Positions 38,513-52,725 of a DNA stretch of 64,000 nucleotides are shown here, piece after piece. The translations under genes were made by a program, and so were the position numbers. Every line of letters begins with the position of its first letter. Positions within the stretch are counted from its first letter, which is position 1. The notes below the pieces were generated by a model. That model was not told the origin of the DNA. It saw only the letters and a program-made list of their open reading frames with translations, and ran no database searches. This DNA is from Camelus dromedarius (Eukaryota), in NCBI RefSeq assembly GCF_036321535.1, contig NC_087437.1, positions 43,650,001 through 43,714,000 on the forward strand. The letters run 5' to 3'.

Positions 38513-39335
38513 TGACCCAAATCAGCCAGTCCCTCAAGACACAAAATTCATCCATACCAAACCCAACCGCTTTGAAGAAGTAGCATGGACCAGATATTCC
38601 CAGAAAGACCAACTCTATCTCCATATTGGATTAAAACCGAGAGTTAAAGAACATTACAGAGCCAATAAGGTGAACCTCTGGTTGGAGCTGGTACCTCATC
38701 TGCATAATCTCAATGACATTTCTCAGTATACCTCGACAACAACTAAAGTGCCATCAACTGACATCACTTTCAGACCCACAAGAAAAAATTCTGTACCTGT
38801 CACATCAGCCTTTCCCACTGCCAAGCAGGATGATCCCAAACAACAACCGAGTCCATTTTCAGTGGATCAAAGGGACTACTCCACAGAGCTGAGCGTCACG
38901 ATTGCGGTTGGAGCATCACTGCTGTTTCTGAACATCTTGGCCTTTGCAGCCCTGTACTACAAAAAGGATAAGAGGAGACATGATGTTCACAGGAGATGCA
39001 GCCCTCAGCGCACGACTACCAATGATCTGACCCATGCACAAGAAGAGGAGATCATGTCCCTCCAAATGAAGCACACTGATTTGGATCATGAATGTGAGTC
39101 CATCCATCCACATGAGGTGGTTCTTCGGACCGCCTGTCCCCCAGATTACACACTAGCTATGAGGAGGTCACCTGATGATGTTCCTTTAATGACACCTAAC
39201 ACCATTACAATGATTCCCAACACTATACCAGGGATTCAGCCCTTACACACATTCAATACATTTACTGGAGGACAGAACAATACTCTGCCCCACCCCCACC
39301 CTCACCCCCATTCACATTCAACAACCAGGGTATAG
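38513..39335 (+). CDS. NLGN1: NLGN1 last coding exon: end of esterase domain, Ser/Thr-rich stalk, TM helix, cytoplasmic tail with PDZ-binding motif
   Basis: Acceptor tttcttttctag (AG 38511-38512); GG|T completes Gly, then [25 protein letters not shown]... TM segment [24 protein letters not shown] (~38889-38960), [16 protein letters not shown] motif, [14 protein letters not shown] then TAG at 39333-39335. Confidence 0.98.
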
Positions 39336-42300
39336 CCAGATAAGAGAAACAAACTCTATTTTTTGATGGACTGCAGTAAAAGAGTACTGAAGATTCCTTG
39401 GCTTTCAACCTACAAGACTCTTACTATTTAAATAAGGAGGAATATTATGTGAATATACATATCAAGAACTTTGGGGGTTTTGAAAAAATTGAATTGTACA
39501 TATATACACAAATCAACTTTAAAAACGAATTTCAATTGCTCGAAGCAATTGTTCTGAATGATACTTTTTCATTCACATTCAAGAATTAATTTTTTGAAGA
39601 TTTATGTTACATAATGGAATTAGGCATGTGGAACATCAAACAGGAAAGAACTATGTCTGAAATATAAAAAATAAAAATAAAAAAACAACCATGAATATGC
39701 ACAAGGGACACACCAATGGAATGTCAGATAATTTTCACCAGGTTTTATTTGGAGCAGTTTTATTGTGTAGACCATATTTACATATTTGGATAAGTACACA
39801 AAGCACCAATGCTGTTAATGGCCTTAGCAGAGGCTCATGCTGAAATTTGCCAGTAAAACAAAGAAGTTTAAAGACTGGCAGGTACAACATTATCACATAA
39901 GTGCTGTCAGTATAAAGTTGTGGGGATAAAGGAAACTGGATATTTTTAGCACGATGTGCATGATAATTTATATGCTTGGTGGCTGTGCTGCTGATTAAGC
40001 CGTAATTAAAATCCTTCTCATCTCATTGGAGTTTTTAGTAGAAGCTTCCTCCATCAATTGGCAGAACCTAAAGAAGATTTTAAGGGGCAAAAGTAACTAC
40101 AATAAAATAATTCACCGTAGTATTGATAATAGAAGGAGTTAGTTATTAAAGGTATTTGAAGAAACTATAGGTATAGTGGTGAATACTCGCTGATATGAAT
40201 CCCAGAAAAAAATTTCCCGTGTTTTTAATGTTCTTTTCATTCCCATCTAAATAATTTAGAGAAATAGAACCCTAATTGGAAATGTGTTACGGGATCTATA
40301 ATTTGCTGTGGTTTTTGTTACTCTGTGTTTTGTTACTTTTGGTAAGGTGAAGTGTGTCCAAAGAAATTACTTGCAAGTCTTTATTATGATATGAGGATGC
40401 CCCAAATTACCACTCTGATTACAGTTCTCAGTTAATTGATTTACTCATGTTGCATGACAAAATGTTTACTACTAAGAATTCAATATAAAGTTATGTCCCT
40501 CCTCACATCACTTATCTTTCTTACTGAGGTTCATTCATTCACTGGAATTTACTCACACAATCTCAGTAGAGTGCAACCTAGATACAGACCTAAAAGGGGA
40601 GTCAACATCTGGAGGATTTTAGTCTTACACGTACGTGTGATTTTAAGTGAATATTCTAAGACCACAGGAAACTCTTCATTCCCTTGTTGTTTACCAGTAA
40701 CAGTATATCACAGACCTTTCCAAATGTTTGTATATGTAATCAGATGTACATTTATATTAAAAAAAAATTGAGATGGACTTAAAGAGCACATCCTGATAAA
40801 TACTTTCTCTCTTACCTGTACTATATTTCTATTAGACTAAAGTTATGTGATTTTTTTTTACATTTTTTCAGATGACTAGCAATTTTGATAGTTTGTAAGA
40901 TAATGCAAAGAACTTTCTCTGACAAACTAACTGCAGTAACAGAAACCTTTCTTTTCAGTTACTCTTTTTCAAGAATGAAAGCTTATTATACGAAAAAAAA
41001 ATTGTATACTACTTGATGGAAACAACTTTGTACATCTTGGCCATGTCACTGGTCATTGCGTGAAATAAAGATAATAATGACTATTAGTCCAATGCTAAGA
41101 GACATGATCTTTGCTCATTAAAGAGCTAAAATGTTTATTGCTGTTTTGTCTTTTTTTAAAAACACAAACAAACAAAAGGAACATGACTGTCTCAGAGAGT
41201 CATTTTTCTAGACCAGTCGGGTTTTTGAAGACATATAGGTTAACTTCCGCAGAAAACACATCCTGTTTTTAAAAGCAAGTCTCATCTAAGATGAAACTGA
41301 TGAAACTTTAATGTTATGAATTTATAAGCCCAGGGACTCATGGAAAATATTAGCATTGTGTTTTTAAATACCTCTTACATGAAAATGGTGTGGAAATAAA
41401 ATGTGCCAATTGTTTTCATTTAGAAATACGGGTTCCAAGTTCCAATTCTGATCATCAAAGAAAAGGTCTATTGAAAATAAATGTGCAGTATATATGAAAT
41501 CAGAATAGCTAGATTCCAAAAATAAGGCTGATTAAAATATCATAAAGTAGTGGATAAAAAGTTATCCTTCTAAGAACATTTAAAAGTGCTTAGCAAGACA
41601 TTAAGCTAACACTAAAAAAAATCTCCTATTTCGAAGAATTTCTTTACTTACAACTCCCCCTCCCAATTATTAACTGTCAGTAAAACATAGATACTGCTCC
41701 TTAACTCCAAATAAGTATCTCTGTTAGAAGCAAAACGTCTTCAAAATCCAGAGCGGTCTACATGCAGTTTTGCCTGATTTGGTTATGCTTTTAGACTGTG
41801 AACTGCCAATGTAAACCAATAAAAAGAATTGTCTAGCATCTGAAATATTGTTTAATCAGAAAACTGTCTTTTAGTATATTGATTAAATAAAAGATAAAAA
41901 CAGAAATAGAAATGAAAACAAAATAAGAAATAAATGAAGCCTTTCATATGCATTAATTCACTTAGCAAAATCATTCTGTCGTATTTTAATGATGGCCATA
42001 TTTGTATCTATGTACGTATATGTTGCTCTAAATTTATCTATCAATCAATCTACCTATCTAGACCACAACTGACATCTATTTTATATTAATTTAGGGAAAT
42101 AATTTAGGAAAACAAAGCATAGCCCTATTCTTTTTATTTTAATTAATATAGCATCAACTTTGTGGGAGATAAGGCAGTTCTAAGTTTTATTACTGTTTCC
42201 AGTCGTGATAAAGTCATTGCAAATGAATGTTAGTTGCTAGTTTTATAATTATGGCAGCTAGTTTTCTGAATGTAAAATGATGTCCCACAATAAACAGAAC

Positions 42301-44650
42301 ATTCAGAATTGTTTTTAAAGCTGAAATATAAATTTTAAATGCAAGAAATATTTTGAGTATTGTTATTAAATTTTACCCTATATGCATTTATTTAGATGAA
42401 AATTTTCTTCAGGAAAAAATAGTCCAAAAATTAAACAAATATCTTGTCATTACTTATTAATTCAGATTTTCCTGCCTCAGATGAAATTGCAAATAGTCAA
42501 CGCTGCTTAGAATTTAAATAAACAGTAAGCCAAAATTGGCTTTATTTCATTGTCTTGCTATTATATAAAAGTATTGCCAAATGTTTGTCAGCAGATTAAT
42601 GTTGTTTTAGAGCATGGGATTCAGCAATATAAAAGTGACAGATTTCATAGTTTTAAATTTTTATTGAATATGTTGAATGTGAACAAAACCTAGTTGACTG
42701 CTACAAATGTTTCATGAGTTTTATTATTATTAACTTTAGGGATTTGGAAAGTCACTTGCTAAAGCATTAAAAATACCTGATTTGAGTTTGGAGAGATCAT
42801 GCTAATATTTCAAAGCAGAAAATTTGCGTATAGATTATTTCATTCTTAATTTCAAATTTAAAGGTTGACCATAATGATATTTTAATTCAGTTTCTTTTTA
42901 ATCTGTACATGTTGCTGAAAACAGCAACAAAATTAAAAAAGAAAAAATCAGCTATATGTAATACAAAAGAGGAAAACAGGATGGCACTAATCTTACAGAA
43001 AAGAAATGCTTAAACGTTGTATCTATAATATAGTCTTAGTTATTTCACCAGTTGGCCTACTTATACTGACACATATATTAATGTAATGAAAGGATTGAAA
43101 GAATATGGTTTTGCGTTCCAGCTTTAAAGACAGTACTACAGAGAAATTACTGGGATTCTTTTCTTTGGCGAGTTTCATAGAAATATTTTCACAGGGTGAA
43201 ATGATGAATGAAATTCTTAGGAAGCTGTCAAATATCATGGCAGTTCTTTGATGCTTGTTTTCTTCTGTGTTATTGGTTCAAAGTACTGGCCTTTCTCTTC
43301 ATTTCTGGTAATTAGTTGTTATAGACTATCACTTTCTAAATGTGAGTGAAAATTAGATAATTTGGTTATACTTGTGAAAACATGCTCTCAAATAAATTCA
43401 ATTAATGGGCACTTCCCTGCTGAGATTTTGTTATCATTCATTTAATTAGCTTGTCAAGCTTTATTGTTATGACAGTTGTTTTGGCTTTTTAGTCAATAAA
43501 CCGAGGCAACTTCTCCGGCAGCCTTATACCTTTCCTGCACTTGATATATAGCATACACTTCAAATTTCCATCAGAAGTCTCTTAAGAAATCTAGCGATGT
43601 GAAACATTTGGTAACCAACTTGATTATTTTTCATAAGCATTCTTATTTGATTTTATTCTGGCACTTTACCGTATTTGCATGGGGGCCAGAAATCAATTCC
43701 ATCTGAAAAGAGTTGTAGTGCCTACAGACGGGAATAACCGTGTGCAGGGCAGGAGTGCCATTCTTCCTGCAGTTATACTTATGAACATTGCCATCTATCT
43801 TACATTTGCAAATCCTAAAAACTCAATTTAAAATGTGTAAGATGACCATGTTATACATTTCCAATAAGAAAATTTTATTTAGCAAGGTCTTTTGTTGCAT
43901 TTAGTTTGATTTTTGTATGTCATCAACTGAGTCCAAGTGACTCCTGGAAAAGAGGTGAATTTTTGAAAAGCAACAATTATATAATGGTTTTTAAGTGTAG
44001 AAATTTGAATCTCCAACAAACTTTAATTTTTTTTCCAAAAGGTAATTTTAATTTAAAAGAAGTCTGAAGTTATTAGGGACAACTATAAATCAGATAGGTA
44101 GATAATTTTTTCTTGTCAACTATTATATGTACCATATAGTATATATATATCCTATGCACTATATTATTCATAGGATATTTTTAATGGCCCTTTCAGACTC
44201 ATATTTACAAATGACATTGTATACCTCCCTACATATGTACAAATGTGATAGAATTTAGTCCTCTATGGAAAGTCAAGCCAAAGTGCTAGCTGTTTTGTGT
44301 TGAAATGAATGATAACAATTATAGCTTTAAAGAAATGTGTAAAGGCATAGTAACAAAACTCAGCAGATGAAATTAAAGCAAAGGGACTATTTTTGAATGC
44401 CATTTCCAGAACTGATATCTGTATTAAATGATATGTTTAAAAGGATTTTAGTGTTTTTGATTTATCTTTCTCTGCACTCACGTCATTTAGCAAATAATGG
44501 GACATGTGTCATTTTTTTTGTAAAAAAAAAAAAAAGAAAGAAAGCCATTGGGTTGTCACAGTTCAGCTTGCGTCTGGACAGCCATGGCTTTCATTACAAA
44601 CAGGTTTATTATCATGAATAAATATCACCATGTTTTCCAAGTTGTGTTGA
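39336..44650 (+). other. NLGN1: NLGN1 3' UTR (extent inferred; several candidate poly(A) sites)
   Basis: Follows the stop codon; AU-rich and free of recognisable interspersed repeats up to the SINE at ~44970. AATAAA at 39670, 40101, 41064, 41395, 43391, 43495, 44617 and ATTAAA at 41117. The true 3' end cannot be read from sequence alone. Confidence 0.6.
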
Positions 44651-44970
44651 CTATTTTTAAACTCAGAAATAATTTCTTCTCTGTTTGACACAAAAGCATT
44701 TCTAAGATAAATGTCCCCTTGCAACTTCTTTGTATTGCCCACACATGTGCTGACAGTTCTGATTTGATGGAAACAATGATATTTTATGGTCTGTTCACCT
44801 CTTGGTGAAAGCTGGGAAAGAATCTGGAGAGAAAAGTTTGGGAACTTGGATATAGTTGTTACACAGCTTGTCAGAAAAGACAGAGGAAAAGAGGGAAGAA
44901 ATGATGGAGAAAAAAGGAAGAAAACTTTGCAGTTTTTAATTAATGACTTCTTGCTTCCATATAGTTTTTT

Positions 44971-45108
44971 TTAATTTTTTATTTAAAAATTTTTTGTGGG
45001 GGAAGGAAGTAATTAGGTTTATTTATTTTTTAATGGAGGTACTGGGGATTGAACCCAGGACCTCATGCATGCCAAGCATGCACTCTACCACTGAGCTATA
45101 CACTCCCC
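44971..45108 (-). mobile_element. Full-length tRNA-Ala-derived SINE (camelid vic-1-like) with 17-bp target-site duplication
   Basis: Minus strand GGGGAGTGTATAGCTCAGTGGTAGAGTGCATGCTTGGCATGCATGAGGTCCTGGGTTCAATCCCCAGTACCTCCA with Pol III A and B boxes, then AATAAATAAACCTAATTAC and an A-rich tail. TSD cttccaYatagtttttt at 44954-44970 and 45109-45125. Confidence 0.9.
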
Positions 45109-46429
45109 CTTCCACATAGTTTTTTAAGCAGAGATGTATGACAGTTATATTAAAAGAGGGCTAAGATATTTAAATAAATCCCTTTAAACCATTATCTATT
45201 GTCCTTGGAGAACAAGATTAATAATATTTAGAAAGAGGCAACAAATTTAATCCTTGATCCAAGTCTTAGTCAAATTGTGTCACTAGAAACAAACAAAATT
45301 AAAATCTAGAGAGTTATATTTCTAATTTTGTGTACTCTAATCAATAATGATCTTGGTAGAGAAGACTAAGTGAAGTATGAGCATCTGTCATCTGAATATA
45401 GCCCCAAATAAAAGTACAGTGAACAGATAGGACATCACAGAATGTCCTTTTACATGGTATGAAGATCAGTATTTCCAAACTGCTAAGCAGAAGAATTGTC
45501 ATTGTGCTGGTCTCTGTGGCCATATAGAACCATCAGTACCAAATAAACTGTTCAAAAATACCTTCTAAGAATCTCACTTTCCCCAAAAGGATTCTGATGT
45601 TCGTAAGATTTGATGTTGTTTTGTAAGATTGCATTTGTTCACCACATTTTTACATTTCCTTATGTTACAGAATGTTATTTTTTGAGTTCAAAAAAAAAAT
45701 CCCAAATATATCTTGTAAATGTTTATTTCTAAGCAATATTCTCTAATGGAGTGTCATAATTTGAAGTACTTTCTACTGCCCACAATCCTGGAGAGTTGCC
45801 TTGAATCTCCCCTTAAACATTTCTATTTTTCTCCTAAGAATACTCATCTTCACTCTCAGAGCTGACTCCCTCTGCATTACAGGAGATCTTCCCATCCATT
45901 CCTGAACCTTCTATTTCCATGCCTTCTCCCATTATTATTTAGGCCTTCTTCTTCAAGGGTGTGGAATTTGTGGGGAAAGTCTTAAGGTGATTTAAATAAG
46001 TGGTGCTTCAGGCACTTTAGAAGCTTGGGACCATCAATCAAGCAATGAGAGGAATTTTTAGGTAGCCATTCACTCAGCAAGGAGTGCCCAAGATGTGCCA
46101 GATCACGTGCTGGGTGTTGAACACGAGCCAACTGTACAACTTACTCAGTAACATACAACTATTGCCACGCTAGGAATAGGTTTAAACACTTCAACTACTC
46201 AGATCACCTTTTGTGCTATCCATTATACCAAATCACTGTGATGTGTACACTATCTTGTTCTATCTATTTGATACATCTCAAAATAGTAAACATAAAACAA
46301 CATTTGTTTAGTTTACAGCAATATTAGTTGAATTCTATTGAGCAAGTCTATTAACAAAGGCAAGTGTATATTAATCCTCCCCAATTATAAATATGGCCAT
46401 ACCTGATGTCACTCTACATTAGGCCTAAA

Positions 46430-47240
46430 TAAATCATGGACTATGAAATAATCAGATTAAAGCTCATCTGATCCAACCACTTAACTGATTCCTTAACCCT
46501 CTACTACAATCCTAATATGTGGTTGTGAACCCTATTATTGCACAATACCATGGGTCTGAAATTCTAAAGCAGCTGCCTACATTTGGGACCATTTGGAATT
46601 TCTTCCTTATGTTGATCTACTGTTCTTTTTTTTTTCCCCTTAAGGGTCCTAAAATCTCCATCATCTGACTTCCTTTTAAATATTTTAAGACAGCTATTAT
46701 ATCTTCCATAAGTCATTTTCTTCCCAAAGGAAAATTTTCTATTTTCAATACACCGTTCTGAATACTGTTTTCTGAGTATCGTCTGAAACATGCTTTCTTA
46801 GGAAACATGATGTCTAGAGTTGAACATAATAAACACTTCAAGTATAGGTTGATCTTTGCTTAATAGAGCACCGCTATTGAATTCCTCATTGTAGAAACTT
46901 TTTAAAAATATAATCTACGAGAAGATTGCCTTCTTTGGTGGTCAGTCGTAGCACACAAATAATTCAGATTGAGACCAACTCGCTACTAAAACTCCTTAAA
47001 ATTTTACACAAATAACCGTTAAGCAAATTCTACCTTCATCCCATCCTTGATAATTTGAGTTTTACTTCATCTTTCAGAAGTTGAACACAAATTCCACCTC
47101 ATTAGATTCAGCATGTTGTTCTAGGCTATGAAGATCTTTCTATCCATCTGAGAGGAATGAAATCAATTAAAGTGATAAACATCCTTTCTCTCTCTACCCA
47201 TTAACAAAAAACCCTATGCAGAATCACGGTGAGGACAGAA
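46430..47240 (-). mobile_element. CR1/L3 LINE relic
   Basis: aatcatggac...ctcatctgatccaacc terminus, then gaatttcttccttatgttga...cctttaaatattttaagacagctattatatc-like phrases typical of antisense L3 3' ends. Confidence 0.6.
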
Positions 47241-48099
47241 CTCTGAAGTTACAGTAATAGACGTAGTATATAAAGTTCTGAAACCAGCAACACTGGCATT
47301 TGTTGAGCACTTACTATATTCCAGATTCTGTATCACACCCCGCAACGAACCACTACATACCACTCTCAAAGAACCTATCAACAGTTGCGGAAATACTTTT
47401 TCATTAATTCATTCTTCCCAAGGTACTTATTAAAGATCTATTACATGTGAGTCACTGAGCTCTTTGTAAGGGATAGAAAAGGGACTAAAATATAGCCTTT
47501 GTTGATCTATTACTATCAACTAAATGATTAATTCTTCATTTTGTCTACACACATATCTCGAGGCTTTATCAGATAAGTTTGAAGAATCTATTTTCTTTCC
47601 TTTAAAATATCTGAATGACATCATAGTCATCTTTAGTTAGAAAATTGGAATAATCACTCCAGACCTTCTATTTAAAGATTTCCAAGTTGCTGGAGCTTAT
47701 GTTAAATAATGGAAGATATCACAAAAAAAGAATATGGTTCTGTTACTTTCCCCAATTTTTACACTAACCATATGTCATACTTAAAGTGCTGATTTCGGTC
47801 GGGCAAGTATACTCTGCAAATGGGATTGCTTAGTAGAAAAAGTAATTCATGGACAAGGTAAAAAAGTCCAAATAAGATAAAATATTTTACAGTGAAAAGT
47901 AAACATCTCTTTCACTTCAGATCCCAATTCCTTAGCCCCCTTCCCCAGAGACACTGACACTTACTCATTTGTATATGTATATATATATATATTTCTACAA
48001 ACATTCCATTCACATATGAACATGTGCAAATGTGTATTCTCTATTATGTAAGTGGAGGGCATTGTATGCATATATTCTTAACCCATCTGAAAATTCTCC

Positions 48100-51000
48100 A
48101 TGGGAGCACACATGTCTGCTTTACAAGATAATTCGAGTAAATAAAATATGTCTCAATTTATCCATGAATCCAAACTATTCTAATCAAAATTACAGCAGAG
48201 TATATTTGGTTGGTTTGTTTGCTTTCAGAATTTAGATGAGTAAAGGTCAAGAATGATCAAGATCATTTTGAAGCAAAAGACGAGCAACTACTTTACCTAC
48301 CATATTTCAAGAGTTATTATTAAGCTGTTGTAATTAAAACACTGTAGTATCAATTCAGAAAGAGACAAGTGGAGAATAGCCATGAACTCATAAACAGGCC
48401 TATGAAAAAGGAGGAATTTGGTGAATACTAGAGTAACATTACACATCAAGAGGAAAGGAAAACTCTTCAGCTAAAACTGGCTAAAAATTTTCCATCTAAA
48501 TGATAGAAAATTATCTCTATGTCATACTACAAAAATTAATCCCACATAAATTAAAAATATAAACATGAAAAGCAAATTTTAAATGTTTAGAAGAACATGT
48601 AAGAAAATACTGTCATGTCTTTGAAGTGGGGAAGAATTTATTAAATAAGAAATAAAACAACATAAACCATAAAAGAAAGGACAAGAAATTTTTTAAAATC
48701 TCAATACATCAGATAATAAGATTTTGTTGATGATGCCAAGTATATCCTGAAAATAAATGTTTATGACACATATAGTAAGAATATGTGTTAAGAATAAAAA
48801 AATGACAACACACAAGAAAATGGAGCTGATTAAATATTGTGATTTGAAAACATGCCTTTGTTTCTTCACTCTCAATAATCCTCACAAAAGTATAAGAGAG
48901 ATTAAAAAATACATAAATCCATTACAACAGAAGAGTAGAAGAGATTACAGATTAGGATTTCTAAAAAGTTTTTAGAAGATAAGAATTAGATATACTAAAT
49001 GATATTAAGGAAATAATGCAACTTGTAAATGACAACATAAATCAAAATTAGAAAAGTTAAAAGGCACTTTAATAAAACTCGAGAATGATAAATAAAAGAA
49101 GCAATGATTTTAAAAGTGAAGATTAAATTGAAAAATACACAAGACCAAAGAATCCTACAAGAAACTTTAAAGATGCCTAAAGAGAAATAAAAGGTATAAA
49201 GGAGGAAAAGTCCAAAAGTAAAAAAGATAAAAAGGAAGAAGAAAAAGGACTCAAATGTAAATGAGAAATAAGTAGACAAAGAAGACTCAACAGATGTGTT
49301 TATGGAATCTTCTAAAAAGAAAAACAAACCAGAGAACAAAATAAATACAATGGAAACTATAATTCTAAAAGTTTTCTCAATATAGAAAAAGATTTGAAAT
49401 TATATTTGAAAGAATCCACTGAGTATCTGACAAAACTGATTTAAAAATGACCAAGAGTAAGACATATTCTCGTAAGATTATTGAATATCAAAGAAAAACA
49501 CTTCTTAGGTTATTTATACCCAGGCCAAAAGATCAAGTCTTTTATAATGGAGAATCTCATAATATAATTAATCACCACACTTTTTGAAAATAATGCTTTA
49601 TGCCAGAAAAAAAATCAAGTAGCATATGTAAGATGCACAAGGAAAGAGAATGGGACTCAGTGATTTTTATATTCAGCCATAAACTAACTTTACTTAAGAT
49701 ACAAATATGAAGGTCATAGACAAAATGTTAATGACATTTGGGAGCTCAGGGAATATTGTTCCCATGAATATTTTCTGAGAAATTTACCAGAAAATGACCT
49801 TCAGACAAACAGAAAAATGACACTGATGTAAGGACTGATGATGAACATCATTATATTTACTCAAAGAGCTATGACCAAATGAAGGTTATAAGGTGGAGAG
49901 GACATTATACAATGGCTTTGACAATGAAGACATAGCACAAATGTAAAAAATGTGAGGAGAATAGGGAAACGTGTAAATCTTTTAATTACTTTCAGTAATC
50001 ATATTGGTGTTGGTTATAGTGTGATTACTACACTGAAACTTTGCATAATGAGGGATACAGCAAATGAGAAGCACTGTGCTGTGCTAATTCTGTCATCTCC
50101 AGTGCTTTAGAGAACCAGCAATATTAATGTAGAAGAAAAGATATTCTGATGCAAGATAGAGGAGGTTAAGTGAAAATCTTGTGGTTTGGATTTTAAAGTG
50201 CAAGTATCAGAATATATGCTAAAAAAATTTATGCAAACAATGACCAAGCTAGTAACAATGAGCATCTCCAGGGTTCAGACTGTGGTCTTGAAATAACATT
50301 CCCTAGTTTAAAATGCACACCACACATAGAGAGATAGACAGACAGAAAGAGAGAGATAAGGAGAGATCTGGGGAACAACTGTACGAGATGAATTTGGAAC
50401 ATCCTGTCAATGGCAATACATATACCAAAAGGACTCAGGAGGCAAAATGAAGAAGATCTCACTATCTAAAGACGGGACAGCTTGAGGATCAATAAGGATA
50501 ATTTCAATTGATTGGAACAAATTAAATTAAAATCTGTAAGTCAATAATGCAAAAAAAAAAAAAAAAACAAACCTAAAAAACCTCTTCTGTCACTTACGGA
50601 GGATAACTGGGTAACTAGAATTCAACTCATTCTTCTGAAAACTGATAAATAAAAAGAAGCATTAGAGAATTTGTCCCACCATTCTCTATGAACTATATAA
50701 CTAAGTAGCCAAATAGTAGATGAAGGGAATTTACCCTTTATAGAAATATTTTGACTAATAAAAGAAGGAATCATTGAATCAGAATTTCATCCTTCCTCAC
50801 TTCTGATGAACTAATGAATCTAGTTATTCAGCATCAATGACTGGTATCATAAAAACAGAAACAACCAGTCATTAGGTGCCTCTGGATGGAAATACACACC
50901 ACCAGCTCTGAAGCAGTCTTGCACCCCAAAATAAACCTGCATCTGATGCAGTCTGTAGGTCCAACTATCAAGAAATACATAGGACAAAGGAGCAGGTTAA

Positions 51001-51720
51001 AATAAATCATGCAGATAAAATCAGCAAAATTCGTACTACAGGAAATTTTATCAGTTAAATTTCCTGTTTTTTTCAATGAATGCATTGCAAGGAAAAAATA
51101 TGGTGAGATAATATGTAGATTAAAAGAAACTTACAAAAACTGGGGGAAAAATACTGCTTAGGGAAGTACGCTTGGGTGAAAAAAATTGTAAAGAAAAGCA
51201 AGATGGTTAACAAGCACCCAGGATGGTAATAATTTAAAAGAGAGGAAAGATGGTATTGAGAAGGTGCATGTGGAGGACTTTTGGGATGGTTTTCAAAGTT
51301 CTATTTCTTAATCTGTTTTTCTCCAGAGCATTTTTCTTGCAATGATGTATGAAACCAAACATTTATTTCGTGAGGTTCTTCTGTACCTGTGTTATAACTT
51401 GCAATAAAATTAAAAGAATTGTAATAAAAGAGATTGTACATGACAATGTTTCAGACTTACTGGATATGAGTTTAGTAAATGAAAGGGCCTTCCAACTGCT
51501 CAGAATAACAGATGGGAAAAACTTCTTTTCAAGACATACAGTCATGAAATGTCAGGGCACCCAAAGAAAAGAAAAGTTTTTAAAGATTCCAGAAAGAAAG
51601 AAAAGGGGTTCTCAATATCCACTCTGGAAACTGGAAGACATTGAATAAATGTCTTCACATTTTTAGGGGAAATGATGATCAACTTAGAATTTTATATCTA
51701 AACCAAATATTAGTCCACTG
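48100..51720 (+). mobile_element. Cluster of ancient L1 fragments (ORF2, ORF1-like and 3' UTR pieces)
   Basis: cctaccatatttcaagagttattattaagctgttgtaattaaaacactgtagtat resembles L1 ORF2 LPDFKLYYKAIVIKTVWY; strong A skew; L1M-like 3' UTR phrases at 50400-51120. Confidence 0.7.
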
Positions 51721-52019
51721 TATCAGTCCAAGAAGATAGAGATCCAGGAGATGGAGAGAGAGAACAGCCCAGACAACTGCTCAGAAGACCAGAGAACAGC
51801 TAGTCCCACTCAGTGTGACACAGGTCACCCAGGTAGAGACATCTCTAAAATAAAATTGAAACTGGTAGAATGTTGATGTGTTTTGTCATGTGAAAAAAAA
51901 TGTTATTTGTATGGATTTTTTAATTCCTTTGCTGAGTTAGAAGGATGTAGAAAACTAAGCAACAACCAAAATGATCATTATTAATACAGAGAAAAACAAA
52001 ACGTACTGTAAGAAATGGA

Positions 52020-52725
52020 ATGTAATCCTTGAACATGTATTTGTGTACATGAATGGAAGTACACTTAAGGGATAATTCTTAAAAGTAGCAAGGTTGGATC
52101 AAAAAATATTTTCTCTTTTTTGACTATTTCCTGATTGATTTTCAAAGACGTTATACAAATTTACACTCCCATCAACAGTGTATTAGAGTACATTTTTCTC
52201 TCCACTCTGCCGAAAATGTAATTATCACTTTTTTATCTTCTCCATTTTAATACAAATGGAATATCATTATTGAATTAGTTTGCATTTTTAAATTGAAGTA
52301 AAGCATCTTTTATGTTTATAAGCCATTGTATTTCTTTTTATATTAAATGTCTTCCTTTGTATATTTTTTCTATTTGTTTATTAACCTCTTCTTGTGGAAT
52401 TATAAGAGCTCTCCAGATAAATAAAATCCGTACTTTTTGTCATGTGTGTTGTAAATAATTTTGTTCAATTTTCCTTTGAATTTTATGTTATTTTGTGCTG
52501 GGCAGAAATGTTTGTGCTTTTTTTTTTAAAATGTATTAGTGTTTACTTTGTTTTCTGGATTTGTGTCTTGCTTAGAAAGATGTTTCCCATTCCAAGATTT
52601 TTTAAAATTTGCTCATATTTTCTCTGTATTGACAACCTCATTGTTTAAAGTTAAATTTTTGATCCATCTGAAATTTCTACGGACATGACAAGTAAGGAGG
52701 AATTCAGTTTTATTTTTTCCCAGAT
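52020..52725 (-). mobile_element. L1 ORF2 relic, antisense
   Basis: ttatacaaatttacactcccatcaacagtgtattagagtac and gtgtcttgcttagaaag...ttgatccatctgaaa are typical antisense L1 phrases. Confidence 0.75.

Noticed and set aside
39398..40771. Short ORFs (63 aa and 111 aa) after the NLGN1 stop
   Set aside because: Non-ATG starts inside the AU-rich 3' UTR; no coding signature.
45034..45108. Apparent tRNA-Ala gene on the minus strand
   Set aside because: It has a SINE tail and TSD, an atypical GGC anticodon, and a related truncated copy at 12 kb; it is a SINE head.
48995..49339. Hydrophobic Phe-rich 114-aa ORF resembling a membrane protein
   Set aside because: Antisense reading of A-rich L1 sequence; a compositional artefact.
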